From a virus (Duplodnaviria; Caudoviricetes): DNA of 64,000 nucleotides. Under the pieces are notes generated by a model. It was not told the DNA's origin. It searched no databases and was given only the letters and a program-made list of their open reading frames with translations. The DNA is taken from positions 30,796-94,795 of IMG/VR virus record IMGVR_UViG_3300032216_000903, one strand, 5' to 3'. Below are positions 18,771 to 28,451 of the stretch, piece by piece. The translations under genes and the position numbers were made by a program. Position 1 is the stretch's first letter. Each line of letters starts with the position of its first letter.

Positions 18771-19607
18771 ATGGCATCAGAAAAGACACATGGGCTCCTG
18801 TTCAAGCAGTCCGGACTCGATAAGTCATATAAGCTCCTCACGCCTGCGGCCTCTGAGCGAGGCACGATGGCATTCATGACTTACGTGAACGGAGAGATTC
18901 TGAAGGCTGGAGGACCCATCACGCTCATCATTCCAAATACGCCGCTCAAGTTTGAGAACGTGTATGGCATCAATCGTGTCTTTGATAAGCAGATAGGGGA
19001 TCCAGATCTGATGACGAAGCCAAGGGCCGACGTCGCGATTGTGGCAATGGTCGGAGGAAAGTTCAAAGAGGTGTGCTATCTGGCCTATGACTGGGTCACG
19101 GCGCCCTCCGACATTCCTTACTACTCGATTCTAAACTTTCGAGCCGATGCCGGAAAGATCGGCGTGGTGTCGAAGGATTCAACGGTCGTGGACTTTCTGT
19201 TGAGAATCGCCGATCGCCTCGACAAGATCGTAAAGGAGAAGAAGAGTTTCTACATGCTCGTGAAGGATACCAAGCTCATCGGACGCGGAGCCTTTGGTCC
19301 ATTGTATAAGCGCGAATCGAAGAAGAGCAAGGACAATGTGGATGGACGGGCTGAGGGCAAGAGCATTAAACTTGCCAAGGATAAGAATACTACATACACG
19401 CTTCGATTCTCCGTAGGCTTTCGTCTGAATGATCGAGATCTAAAGGTGTACATCTCGGACTCCAAGCGAAAGGCCGTTCTGTCGGCCGAGCCTATGTCAT
19501 CGGCACGATTCAAGGTGAATGGCAAGGAATATAAAGGCGTTCGAGTTCTACTGAAGCCGATGGCATCCGTCGATCCCAAGGCCGAAGAACTCTCGGCGAG
19601 CAAGTGA
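18771..19607 (+). CDS. hypothetical basic protein, possibly a degenerate restriction-endonuclease fold
   Basis: ER...KPRADVAI pattern; no clear (D/E)xK. Confidence 0.5.
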   Translation: MASEKTHGLLFKQSGLDKSYKLLTPAASERGTMAFMTYVNGEILKAGGPITLIIPNTPLKFENVYGINRVFDKQIGDPDLMTKPRADVAIVAMVGGKFKEVCYLAYDWVTAPSDIPYYSILNFRADAGKIGVVSKDSTVVDFLLRIADRLDKIVKEKKSFYMLVKDTKLIGRGAFGPLYKRESKKSKDNVDGRAEGKSIKLAKDKNTTYTLRFSVGFRLNDRDLKVYISDSKRKAVLSAEPMSSARFKVNGKEYKGVRVLLKPMASVDPKAEELSASK

Positions 19608-19625
19608 ATCGTATAAATAAGACAA

Positions 19626-19832
19626 ATGAAACTCCACGAATCGGCTAAGAAAGTGCTAATCACTGAGGCAGAAAAATCATTAGATCAATTATCTTCTGAA
19701 TACAATAAGAAGTACAATCAGATGAAAAGTGGAGAAATCTCGGAGCAGGAATGGTATGATTACTGCGCCGATCTTTTGGGTGATATCCTAGACGATAACA
19801 AAGATGTCATGGTTCGTCTGAAAAATCGATAA
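19626..19832 (+). CDS. putative internal head protein, cassette 1
   Basis: TATAAATA at 19612; leader MKLHESAKKVLITE. Confidence 0.7.
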   Translation: MKLHESAKKVLITEAEKSLDQLSSEYNKKYNQMKSGEISEQEWYDYCADLLGDILDDNKDVMVRLKNR

Positions 19833-19841
19833 ATAAGACAA

Positions 19842-20144
19842 ATGAAACTCCACGAATCGGCCAAGAAAGTCCTAATTGCTGAAGCTGAGGAAAGCACTCC
19901 TCACACCTATGATCTCCTCTCCAAATTTAATGGAGAATCAAGTTTCGACGCATTTGATAATAACAAACTTCGCTCTTATCAGTTCATGGTTCTAGAGAAT
20001 CTCGGTTATGATGGCATCACTGAATATGGATTCAAGACTTTGGAAGATGCTCAGGATTACCTGGCCTATTGCAAGCGAGTCAAAGCGACCGGTTACAAAA
20101 ATCTAAGCGGCGTATTTAAGCTCGTTCATTCCTACACGGTCTAA
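19842..20144 (+). CDS. putative internal head protein, cassette 2
   Basis: duplicated promoter and leader MKLHESAKKVLIAE. Confidence 0.7.
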   Translation: MKLHESAKKVLIAEAEESTPHTYDLLSKFNGESSFDAFDNNKLRSYQFMVLENLGYDGITEYGFKTLEDAQDYLAYCKRVKATGYKNLSGVFKLVHSYTV

Positions 20145-20203
20145 TAGGAATTTCAGATCATATATATAAAGCCAGTTAATCAACAATAATCAACAAGAAT
20201 CGA

Positions 20204-20509
20204 ATGAAACTCAACGAAGCAATCAAGCGGGTGCTTCTCAATGAAGCTTCTGATAAGGCCAAAATTTTTGACGGAAACAATAAGAAGATTGCTTTGAATC
20301 CAGAAGCAATCAAGACAGCGGTCCTCAAAACCGGAGGCGCAAAAGCTGTAACTGGTGAAGATCATGACATTGCCATCTCACAGCGGTATGATGGGGATGA
20401 GGATATGATTGAAGTTTTTGTTGATGACGAGCAAAAATTTTCAGGTCGTTGGTCGAGCATGGATAAGGCGATTTTGCAATTCATTAAGCTTGTTAATAAG
20501 ATCGTATAA
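20204..20509 (+). CDS. putative internal head protein, cassette 3
   Basis: leader MKLNEAIKRVLLNE. Confidence 0.7.
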   Translation: MKLNEAIKRVLLNEASDKAKIFDGNNKKIALNPEAIKTAVLKTGGAKAVTGEDHDIAISQRYDGDEDMIEVFVDDEQKFSGRWSSMDKAILQFIKLVNKIV

Positions 20510-20540
20510 ATAAAGCCAGTAAATCATATAAATAAGACAA

Positions 20541-20729
20541 ATGAAACTTAACGAAGCAATCAAAAAAGTCGTACTCGACGAAGAAGTGATTAAACCTGAT
20601 TCAGATGGTTCTATCAATCTTTCTTCAAGTTATATTAGTCGTATAACTGTAAATGGTAAACAATTAAGTCCTCATCAATTTTCTTTTAATGAAGGCAGTA
20701 ATCATTTGATTATAAATTTAAATGCGTAA
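20541..20729 (+). CDS. putative internal head protein, cassette 4
   Basis: TATAAATA at 20527; leader MKLNEAIKKVVLDE. Confidence 0.7.
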   Translation: MKLNEAIKKVVLDEEVIKPDSDGSINLSSSYISRITVNGKQLSPHQFSFNEGSNHLIINLNA

Positions 20730-20763
20730 TGATTAGATTGGATAATTAAATTCTCCTCTCTTC

Positions 20764-20794
20764 AAACCCACGGATTAACCTCCGTGGGTTTTTT
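20764..20794 (+). terminator. rho-independent terminator
   Basis: aaacccacgga-ttaacc-tccgtgggttt followed by U tract. Confidence 0.85.
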
Positions 20795-20823
20795 AGTTTT
20801 TCAAAACGAATAAATAGAAGGAC

Positions 20824-22053
20824 ATGAAAAGCTTTCGTCAGTTCATCCTCTCAGAGGGATCCGGTCACCTCACACACGTAGAAGACTCGGTCCTGTACTC
20901 CGGCGTCTCCGGCGCCAAAAAGGCCATTCAGACCCTCAAATCGGTCCGCGACTCGCTGACCGGCAAGGGAAACAAGCCGGTGTCCGTCACGGTCAAGTGG
21001 GACGGAGCCCCAGCGATCTTCTGCGGCATCGATTCGGCGGACGGCAAGTTCTTTGTCGCCAAGAAGTCGATCTTCAATAAGGTCCCGGAGGTATACAAGA
21101 CGCCGGACGACATCGATGCGGCCATCGCTGCCGGAGACCTCAACAACAAGATGCAGGTCGCTCTGGCCGAACTGTCTAAGCTCGGCATTCGTGGAATCAT
21201 TCAGGGCGACATCATGTTCACGGAAGACACCGTGAAGCGCGAGACGATCAAGGGACAGGAGTACATCACGTTCCATCCAAATACAATCGTATATGCCGTT
21301 CCAGTCGACTCTGAGATCGGCAAAAAGGTATCGATGGCCAAGATCGGCGTGGTCTTTCATACATCATACACCGGTAAGCTTGGATCTCTCGAAGCCGTTC
21401 CTGGAGTGAATGCCAAGTCGATGAAGCAGGTCCCCTCGGTCTGGTGGCAGACTGCGGATCTCAAGAGCACCATGGCTCCTGACGTGAAACCCGAAGACTT
21501 AATGCAGATCGATAAGCTTCTAAAGCAGGCCGATCAGACTCTCTCCAAGATCTCTCCCAATACACTTAATGCCATCGAGACGAGCTCAGATCTGGCTCAA
21601 GAGCTGGAAACCTATGCCAATTCCAAGGTCCGTTCTGGCCAAGAGATCGGCGATCCGGCCAAGCATGTGGCTGGTCTGATGAACTGGATGAAGGCTCGAT
21701 TCGATAAGGAAGCGGCTGAGAAGAAGACGACTAAAGGCAAAGAAGCCGTTGATGCTCGTCGTCAGGCTCGCATGGAGTTCTTCTCGGGCGACAACGTGAA
21801 TAACTTGGTTCTCATCTTTACGCTTCAGCAGATCTTGGTCGATGCCAAGAAGCTCCTGATCTCGAAGCTGAATCAGCTCGGCGGAGTGAATACTTTTCTC
21901 AAGACGAAGGGTGGATATGAGAAGACCGGACAGGAAGGATACGTGGTTGGCGATCCGATTGGTGGCAACACGGTCAAGCTCGTTGATCGCCTTGGCTTCT
22001 CGAGGGCCAACTTCAGTCCAGACGTCGTTAAGGGCTGGGATCATCAGAAGTAA
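20824..22053 (+). CDS. DUF6267-like protein with RNA-ligase-type nucleotidyltransferase motifs and capsid-targeting leader
   Basis: HLTHVED, KWDG (motif I), QGD, EGYV (IV), VKLV (V); N-terminus MKSFRQFILSE. Confidence 0.7.
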   Translation: MKSFRQFILSEGSGHLTHVEDSVLYSGVSGAKKAIQTLKSVRDSLTGKGNKPVSVTVKWDGAPAIFCGIDSADGKFFVAKKSIFNKVPEVYKTPDDIDAAIAAGDLNNKMQVALAELSKLGIRGIIQGDIMFTEDTVKRETIKGQEYITFHPNTIVYAVPVDSEIGKKVSMAKIGVVFHTSYTGKLGSLEAVPGVNAKSMKQVPSVWWQTADLKSTMAPDVKPEDLMQIDKLLKQADQTLSKISPNTLNAIETSSDLAQELETYANSKVRSGQEIGDPAKHVAGLMNWMKARFDKEAAEKKTTKGKEAVDARRQARMEFFSGDNVNNLVLIFTLQQILVDAKKLLISKLNQLGGVNTFLKTKGGYEKTGQEGYVVGDPIGGNTVKLVDRLGFSRANFSPDVVKGWDHQK

Positions 22054-22078
22054 TATCGTATAAATACGTACATATCTT

Positions 22079-23119
22079 ATGGGAAACACGAATAGCTCCA
22101 TTACGTTTAAAGATCTTAAAGCCGTCGACTACACTTTCGACAACGTTGATGACGACGGCCTAATCAATCTTCAAACCTTTAAGCGTCATCGTTGCCTTCG
22201 CGAGGTCGGTCTTCCATATCGCAAGGCTAATTCCCGACGAGTGATCGAGCGCGTCAAGCGCCGTGAGTCCCGTCCCTATCTCAGTCTGGCCGGCAACAAG
22301 CTCGCTGAGGCTAAGTCGGCCTTCAACGTCAATGAGCTTGATTCTGAATTTCTGAGCCGCGCTGAAAATAATCCGAGTCTGAATCTACTCGTCGAAGACT
22401 TCTCCAAGAAAAACAATCGTAAGAAAGAAATTCAGTACCTGATCAAGAAGCATTACTTTCCAGACTTCAATCTGTCAGCCACTCTCGATGACGACGACAT
22501 CACGGATGTGGCCGTCAACACTATGATCACCAGACTGAAAAAGGAGAATCCTGAGACTTTCAAGATCCTATTCACCATGCTCGGTGGTCAAGGAATTGGA
22601 CCCGGCGAGGCGATGCTGTATTTCATCTACAATAAAGCATACATTCACGGCGGCTTCGGCAAGACTGGCGACATCGAGATCGGCAATAAGATATATGAAT
22701 GCAAAGCGATTCAGATTATTGGAGCTAGGCCGAATGAGATAAATGATCTACGTCTGGGTGGTACGGTAGACACGGCGAGCATCGTTTCGCGAATAAAGGC
22801 TCTGTACAAAAAGCAGATCGATTCGAACTACGAAGTGGGTGCAAAGGGATATGAAGGAGCACAAGGAACGGATCCCATCATTGCTCTCAGAACAAATCCT
22901 AAGACTCGGGCGGAGTTTAAAAAGATCGAGTCTGACTATCAAAAATTGGCCTATGAAAAGTACTTCGAGCTGCATGAATTCATCTTCTTGAATAATTCTA
23001 CCAAGCTCGAAGAGATGGGTAAGATCGTGATGCCCGTCGGAAAGATCAAGCAGAGTTCGATTCAGATCGAGCGCATCACGCAGAATATCTTGAAGCCCGT
23101 CATCTTGAAGAACAAATAA
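22079..23119 (+). CDS. late protein with C-terminal PD-(D/E)XK nuclease-like domain
   Basis: TATAAATA at 22059; GPGE...GDI...YECK. Confidence 0.55.
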   Translation: MGNTNSSITFKDLKAVDYTFDNVDDDGLINLQTFKRHRCLREVGLPYRKANSRRVIERVKRRESRPYLSLAGNKLAEAKSAFNVNELDSEFLSRAENNPSLNLLVEDFSKKNNRKKEIQYLIKKHYFPDFNLSATLDDDDITDVAVNTMITRLKKENPETFKILFTMLGGQGIGPGEAMLYFIYNKAYIHGGFGKTGDIEIGNKIYECKAIQIIGARPNEINDLRLGGTVDTASIVSRIKALYKKQIDSNYEVGAKGYEGAQGTDPIIALRTNPKTRAEFKKIESDYQKLAYEKYFELHEFIFLNNSTKLEEMGKIVMPVGKIKQSSIQIERITQNILKPVILKNK

Positions 23120-23121
23120 TC

Positions 23122-24165
23122 ATGGGTCACATCAAATCATTTCGTCAGTTCCTCGAGGCGACGATCAAGGAGATCACGGTCACGTTTGGCCGCTTCAATC
23201 CTCCTACGATCGGCCACGAGAAGCTTCTGAACGCTGTGGCTTCAGAGGCGGCTGGTGGTACCTATAAGATCTACGTCTCTCAGACGACGGACGAGAACAA
23301 GAATCCACTTCAGTACTCCGAGAAGGTGAAGCTCATGCGTTCCATGTTTCCTAAGCATGGTCGCAACATCATCGAGGATAAGTCAATCAAGACGATCTTT
23401 GATATTGCTCAGAAGGCATATAAGGACGGATTTACTCGATTCGTCTTGGTCGTCGGTGAAGATCGAGTCGAGGAGTTCTCGAAGCTCCTGAAGAAGTACG
23501 AAGGTCAGCAACTCAAAGACGGCGGCTTCTACGACTTTCCCGGCGGCATCGAAGTAGTCTCGGCTGGAGATCGTGATCCGGACTCAGACGATGTCGAAGG
23601 CATGTCGGCCTCTAAGATGCGTCAGGCCGTGAGAGATGGAGATCTGGTTGCATTCTCGAAAGGTCTGCCGAGGGGTTACGAAGATTCAATCTCCGTGTTC
23701 AATCTTCTTCGCAAGCGCATGGGATTAAAAGAGACGACGAACTTTCGCGAACACGTTCAGCTCACTCCTCTGTCTTCCATTCGCGAGGCTTATGTTCGCG
23801 GAGAGATCTTTCGAGTCGGCGACTCCTGTCGTCTGAAGGGCGGAGAGATCATTCAGATCGTCAAGCGCGGTCCTAACTTCTTGGTTACGGACGATCAAAA
23901 GAAGCACTGGCTTCAAGACGTGCAGCCCATTCATGAGGGATGGGCGACGGATGCTTATAAGAAAGCCGGTGGCAAGGGACTGCTTTATATCGACAAATCA
24001 GATGAACAGACCGAACTTACCAAGCCTTCAGAGATTAAGGCGGGATTGGCAAATATGGATAAGCTCGATCCAAAGTATGTCGATTCTTTTAAGGTCTTTA
24101 AGAATCTGAACGGCGCCGTAGCATTCAAAGAGATTGCTTATGTTCCATTCTTTCATCTAATTTAA
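23122..24165 (+). CDS. cytidylyltransferase/HIGH-superfamily nucleotidyltransferase with capsid-targeting leader
   Basis: FGRFNPPTIGH, KNPL, VGEDR, MSASKMR; N-terminus IKSFRQFLE. Confidence 0.8.
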   Translation: MGHIKSFRQFLEATIKEITVTFGRFNPPTIGHEKLLNAVASEAAGGTYKIYVSQTTDENKNPLQYSEKVKLMRSMFPKHGRNIIEDKSIKTIFDIAQKAYKDGFTRFVLVVGEDRVEEFSKLLKKYEGQQLKDGGFYDFPGGIEVVSAGDRDPDSDDVEGMSASKMRQAVRDGDLVAFSKGLPRGYEDSISVFNLLRKRMGLKETTNFREHVQLTPLSSIREAYVRGEIFRVGDSCRLKGGEIIQIVKRGPNFLVTDDQKKHWLQDVQPIHEGWATDAYKKAGGKGLLYIDKSDEQTELTKPSEIKAGLANMDKLDPKYVDSFKVFKNLNGAVAFKEIAYVPFFHLI

Positions 24166-24178
24166 TAAATAGAATTCA

Positions 24179-25564
24179 ATGAATCTAACCGAATCAATCA
24201 AGCACCTCATGTCTGAGGGCAAACTGGAGTGGACGACTACGGATGAAGTCACTGGCGCCGAAGAGGCCACGCTCCCCGATGGATCTAAGTTCGCCATTCA
24301 TAACATCACGGGAACGCTGTCCTTGATGTATGTCGGTAAGGACGGCAAGGGCAACGTGATCTATCGCACTCCGGCTGGTGTTCCCATGGCGTTCAAGAAA
24401 GCCAAGCAGGAAGCCGAGAAGTTCTTGGGCATCAAGAAGGATAAAGATTCGAAGAAGGAAGACGACAAGAAGGCCGATAAGAAGGAAGGCGAAGTCGAGG
24501 AAGAGCTCGGCTCCGAAAACGAATGGGGTACGGACGAGCTGACCGACAAAGAGAAAGCCGTCACTCCCGGTCAAACTCCTAAGAAAGAGGGGCTCGAAGA
24601 CGCCTGCTGGTCCGGCTACAAGGCGATCGGTACCAAGGAGAAGGACGGCAAGACGGTTCCGAACTGCGTGCCCGAGTCTACGGACGAAGACCTCAAGAGC
24701 CTGCAGGACCTGCTGAATAATCCTGACGAGGAATTTGCCGTGAAGAACTACGGCTCCGTCGAGCGCTACAAGAAGATGATTCAGTCCAAGATCGACAAGC
24801 TGCAGAAGAACGAAGACTTCTCGGGTGCCAGCTTCTCCGGCGCCGGTCAGACCACGCTGAAGCCTACGGATAAGATTTCGGTGCGATATGGATCGCTCTA
24901 CGTCAACGACCGTCCGTTCGAAGCCAAAGATCCCGATGAAGCCCTCGACTGGCCAAATTCTACGGATTCGAATGGCAATCTCGTCACCTGGTTTAAGGGC
25001 GACTCGAATCAAAAGAGCACTTGGAAACCAGAGCAGATCACCGGCCGCTACACGGACAAAGAAGACGTCGGCATCGAAGAGAAGGTCGAAGTCTCTGAGC
25101 GCTACGTCAAGACCATGCAGCTCATCACCAAGGAGACCGATCGCTCCATCATCGAAGCGTTCCTCACGGAGCATACGATCGCTGGCCGTGAATCCAACCT
25201 CTTGGCCATCAATACGGAATTCAAACGCTTCAAGAAGCTGCACGAGGCAGAGAATTTTCTGAGCAATGATACAATGAAAGATCTGGTCGATAAGATTCGC
25301 CTAAAGATTAGCAAAGTGATCGATGACGAATGGCATAATACCGCGATCATTCATGATTGGATCAAAGAGAATCCTGAAAAAGTCTCTCATTACATGAGCA
25401 GGAAAAACTGGGACTCTCTTGCTTCTATCGCGGCCGATGAGATCTCTACAAAATGGGAAGAAGATCCAAAAGGTCATTATGGCAAATACCTTGATCATCG
25501 CCAATACCTTCATCCGAGCGGACAGACTAGACGCTCGAGCTTATACAAATCGCTGCCCATTTGA
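24179..25564 (+). CDS. mosaic acidic late protein (putative internal head polyprotein)
   Basis: leader MNLTESIKHLMSE; modules GTDELT and CWSGY..VPNCVPE separated by xxE sites. Confidence 0.7.
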   Translation: MNLTESIKHLMSEGKLEWTTTDEVTGAEEATLPDGSKFAIHNITGTLSLMYVGKDGKGNVIYRTPAGVPMAFKKAKQEAEKFLGIKKDKDSKKEDDKKADKKEGEVEEELGSENEWGTDELTDKEKAVTPGQTPKKEGLEDACWSGYKAIGTKEKDGKTVPNCVPESTDEDLKSLQDLLNNPDEEFAVKNYGSVERYKKMIQSKIDKLQKNEDFSGASFSGAGQTTLKPTDKISVRYGSLYVNDRPFEAKDPDEALDWPNSTDSNGNLVTWFKGDSNQKSTWKPEQITGRYTDKEDVGIEEKVEVSERYVKTMQLITKETDRSIIEAFLTEHTIAGRESNLLAINTEFKRFKKLHEAENFLSNDTMKDLVDKIRLKISKVIDDEWHNTAIIHDWIKENPEKVSHYMSRKNWDSLASIAADEISTKWEEDPKGHYGKYLDHRQYLHPSGQTRRSSLYKSLPI

Positions 25565-25589
25565 TAATCAGATCTAATAAATACTCGAA

Positions 25590-26555
25590 ATGAAATCACT
25601 TAATCAGATTCGCGCGACTCTCATGGAAGCGGCGCAAGACACGGAAGCCCACTTCGTACAGCCTACGAAAGCTCAACACTCGATCGGACCGATGCGTCGT
25701 CAGGACGAGGAAGAAGTCAAAGAAGAGGGCGGCGATGAAGAGATCGGACCTGGCACTCAGCTCCGTACGTCCGACGGCGTCTACTGTGTGATTGACGAGA
25801 TCGACAATCAGTCGGCCAATTCCGAATACGCTTGGTGCACGGACGAAGACGGCCAAGAGATTCACGTCAATCTGAATACGGCCGACGTGATTCGCTCTCG
25901 TCCTCCTCTTGATCGTGAAGATCAGGACAATTCGATGTATCAAGAAGACATGGATCCTCAGAAGAAAAGAAAGAACCTTGAGATCTCGATGGACTACCTG
26001 CATAAGAAGATCCGCGACGAGAAGGACTTCTATAAGAAGGACGAATACAAGGACGACCTTCGCAAGCTTCGCGCCGAGTACGACGCGCTCGATGAAACTC
26101 ACATGGCAGACAAGACTGTAGACGACTACATCAAGGACTATCGCGCGTCTACGGATCCTCGCTTCGAAGGTAAGTCCAAAGCCGAACGCATCAAGATGGC
26201 CGTATCGGACTTCAACAAAGCAAATCCCGAGAAGACCGAAGGCACGATCGCTGAGTGCATGGACGGCGGACATCAGGTCGAAGAAGTCTCGATGACTCGC
26301 CTCGAGCTCGACGAGGTCGCCGACATGGCCGACGACCTCTTTCACGTGCTTCCCAACTTCGACGAGGTTCCCGCTTGGGTCCAGCATAAAGTCGCGGCCA
26401 TGCACGCTGGACTCCATTCGATCTACGACTACTATCGTCTGAAGGGTATTGAGCGTGATCAGTGTTCTAAGGGTGGATTGGAAGTCATTACGATCGCCAC
26501 TCCTCAGAATCCAGTCGTTCAACCGGCTCCGGTCAAACCGGCGCCGATGGACTGA
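25590..26555 (+). CDS. mosaic acidic late protein (putative internal head polyprotein)
   Basis: leader MKSLNQIRATLME; shares a module with 28452-30827. Confidence 0.7.
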   Translation: MKSLNQIRATLMEAAQDTEAHFVQPTKAQHSIGPMRRQDEEEVKEEGGDEEIGPGTQLRTSDGVYCVIDEIDNQSANSEYAWCTDEDGQEIHVNLNTADVIRSRPPLDREDQDNSMYQEDMDPQKKRKNLEISMDYLHKKIRDEKDFYKKDEYKDDLRKLRAEYDALDETHMADKTVDDYIKDYRASTDPRFEGKSKAERIKMAVSDFNKANPEKTEGTIAECMDGGHQVEEVSMTRLELDEVADMADDLFHVLPNFDEVPAWVQHKVAAMHAGLHSIYDYYRLKGIERDQCSKGGLEVITIATPQNPVVQPAPVKPAPMD

Positions 26556-26556
26556 T

Positions 26557-27729
26557 ATGATGCTATTCAAAGACAAACTTACTCTGGCGATTGCTGAAGC
26601 GGCTCAGGCTGTTTTGGATGAATCTGCCTTTGATGATGCGGCATTGAAGTGGGCTGATCAGGCTGATGAGAAAGATATCAAGGGAGCGATTGATTCCTTC
26701 AAGCAACTCAAGGCTCGCAACACTCTTAAGGGAGCAGAGGCTGATATCAGTCCGTGGATCAAGAAGCCCTTCAAAGATTTTTCTACCTTTGTCGATTCGA
26801 AGTCAGAGGTCTTGCAGAAAAAGGATGTAAGCAAGCAAGCGGAAAAAGACGTCGAGCATGTCTTTGAAAATCAATTCGTTACGATTGTTTCTCCCAATAC
26901 TTTTGAAGCTTCGAAGAAGTATGGAGCCGGCACGAAGTGGTGCATCTCCGGTGAAGTAATCAAACATTGGAATGATTATACTGAAAATAGTATTAAGTTC
27001 TACTTCATTCTTCCGAAGTCAGGTACGAAAAAGATGGCTGTCGCCGTATATCCTAATGGAACCGCCAAAGAGTACTACGACGATAAAGATCGCGTGATGC
27101 GGGATTTAGAATTTCAAGATAGACTGAAGGCTTATAAAATTCCAAAGGAGATCGTACGAGTGATTCATTCGAATGATATCAATTGGGATAAATGGTTGCA
27201 AAATCTTGGAGGAATAAAAAATTCCGATGGAACGGTCGACGTCAAAAATGACGTGCTACTGCTTAATAAAGAATTAAAGAAATTGCCATTCAAATTTAGA
27301 CACGTCGATGGAGATTTCAATTGTGCCGGCAATATATTGTCTTCTCTAGAAGGAGCACCCGAAACTGTAGGTGGAAATTTTAACTGCGAACACAACGTTC
27401 TTGAATCTCTACAAGGAGGTCCAAAGAGTGTGGGTGGATCATACATATGCAATGATAATATCCTGACATCATTGATAGGAGCGCCGAGGACTATCATGGG
27501 AGATTTCCACTGTGATGCCAATGAATTGACTTCTTTGGAAGGAGCACCCGAAAGCATTCGTGGAAGCTTTGAATGTTCAATGAATTCTGATCTAAATTCA
27601 TTAAAAGGAGCACCAAAGAGTGTTGGATCAGATTTTTCAGCTGACGGTACAGATTTGTCAAAATCTCAGATTAAGAAAGTGTGTAAGGTCAAAGGCACGA
27701 TTATCACTGACGAAAATGTTGCGTGGTGA
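26557..27729 (+). CDS. late protein with GTKWCI domain and C-terminal leucine-rich repeats (LxSLEGAP..VGG.F.C)
   Basis: five repeats of about 22 aa; leader resembles that of 28452. Confidence 0.75.
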   Translation: MMLFKDKLTLAIAEAAQAVLDESAFDDAALKWADQADEKDIKGAIDSFKQLKARNTLKGAEADISPWIKKPFKDFSTFVDSKSEVLQKKDVSKQAEKDVEHVFENQFVTIVSPNTFEASKKYGAGTKWCISGEVIKHWNDYTENSIKFYFILPKSGTKKMAVAVYPNGTAKEYYDDKDRVMRDLEFQDRLKAYKIPKEIVRVIHSNDINWDKWLQNLGGIKNSDGTVDVKNDVLLLNKELKKLPFKFRHVDGDFNCAGNILSSLEGAPETVGGNFNCEHNVLESLQGGPKSVGGSYICNDNILTSLIGAPRTIMGDFHCDANELTSLEGAPESIRGSFECSMNSDLNSLKGAPKSVGSDFSADGTDLSKSQIKKVCKVKGTIITDENVAW

Positions 27730-27752
27730 GTTCGTGAGACTAATCGACTGAT

Positions 27753-28076
27753 ATGCAAGAAGAATTTATATTAACGTTTCGTGAGTTCACGGAGATCGTG
27801 GAGGCCGAGTATCAGGGCCGCACGGTCGAGTTGAACAAGCCCTTTCGTACGCCCGGCGGACCGAAGAAGTTCGCCGTATATGTAACCAACGAGAAGGGCA
27901 ACGTCATCAAGTTGGGATTCGGAGATCCTAACATGGAAATCAAGCGGGATGATCCGGGTCGTCGCAGTAACTATCGCGCGCGACATCACTGTGAGAATCC
28001 TGGCCCTAAATGGAAAGCTAACTATTGGAGCTGCAGAATGTGGTCTTCTAAACCGGTTAGCAAGATAACAAAATAA
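27753..28076 (+). CDS. conserved phage protein (DUF6321/DUF5754-like)
   Basis: KKFAVYV..GFGDP..RR.NYRARH.C..ANYWSC. Confidence 0.7.
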   Translation: MQEEFILTFREFTEIVEAEYQGRTVELNKPFRTPGGPKKFAVYVTNEKGNVIKLGFGDPNMEIKRDDPGRRSNYRARHHCENPGPKWKANYWSCRMWSSKPVSKITK

Positions 28077-28083
28077 CAAGGAT

Positions 28084-28413
28084 ATGGCACCAGAAACAAG
28101 CAACTCTCGTCTCGAGAGAATGGAAGAAAAGATCGATAAGCTCTCAGAGGCTATCGTAGCACTGGCTCGAGTCGAGGAGAAGATCTCCAATCTCGAGCAG
28201 ACAAACTCAGCATTGATGTCACAGATCATTGCGATCGAGCAACGTTCTCATCGTAATGAAGACAACATCAATATAATTAAGTTTGAACAGGCGAAAGATT
28301 CGAATACTCTTCAGGGTCTTCGTAAATTCTTCTGGATGTTTGTTTCATCTGTCTTGGCGGCAGGATTCCTTGTCTGGTTCACGGTCCTCACGTCTCACTC
28401 GGCTCCAAAGTAA
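28084..28413 (+). CDS. coiled-coil protein with C-terminal TM helix (holin/XhlA-like)
   Basis: heptad N-terminus, one hydrophobic helix. Confidence 0.55.
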   Translation: MAPETSNSRLERMEEKIDKLSEAIVALARVEEKISNLEQTNSALMSQIIAIEQRSHRNEDNINIIKFEQAKDSNTLQGLRKFFWMFVSSVLAAGFLVWFTVLTSHSAPK

Positions 28414-28451
28414 GAAACCTATAAATAGAATTCACAATCAACTAACTAACT

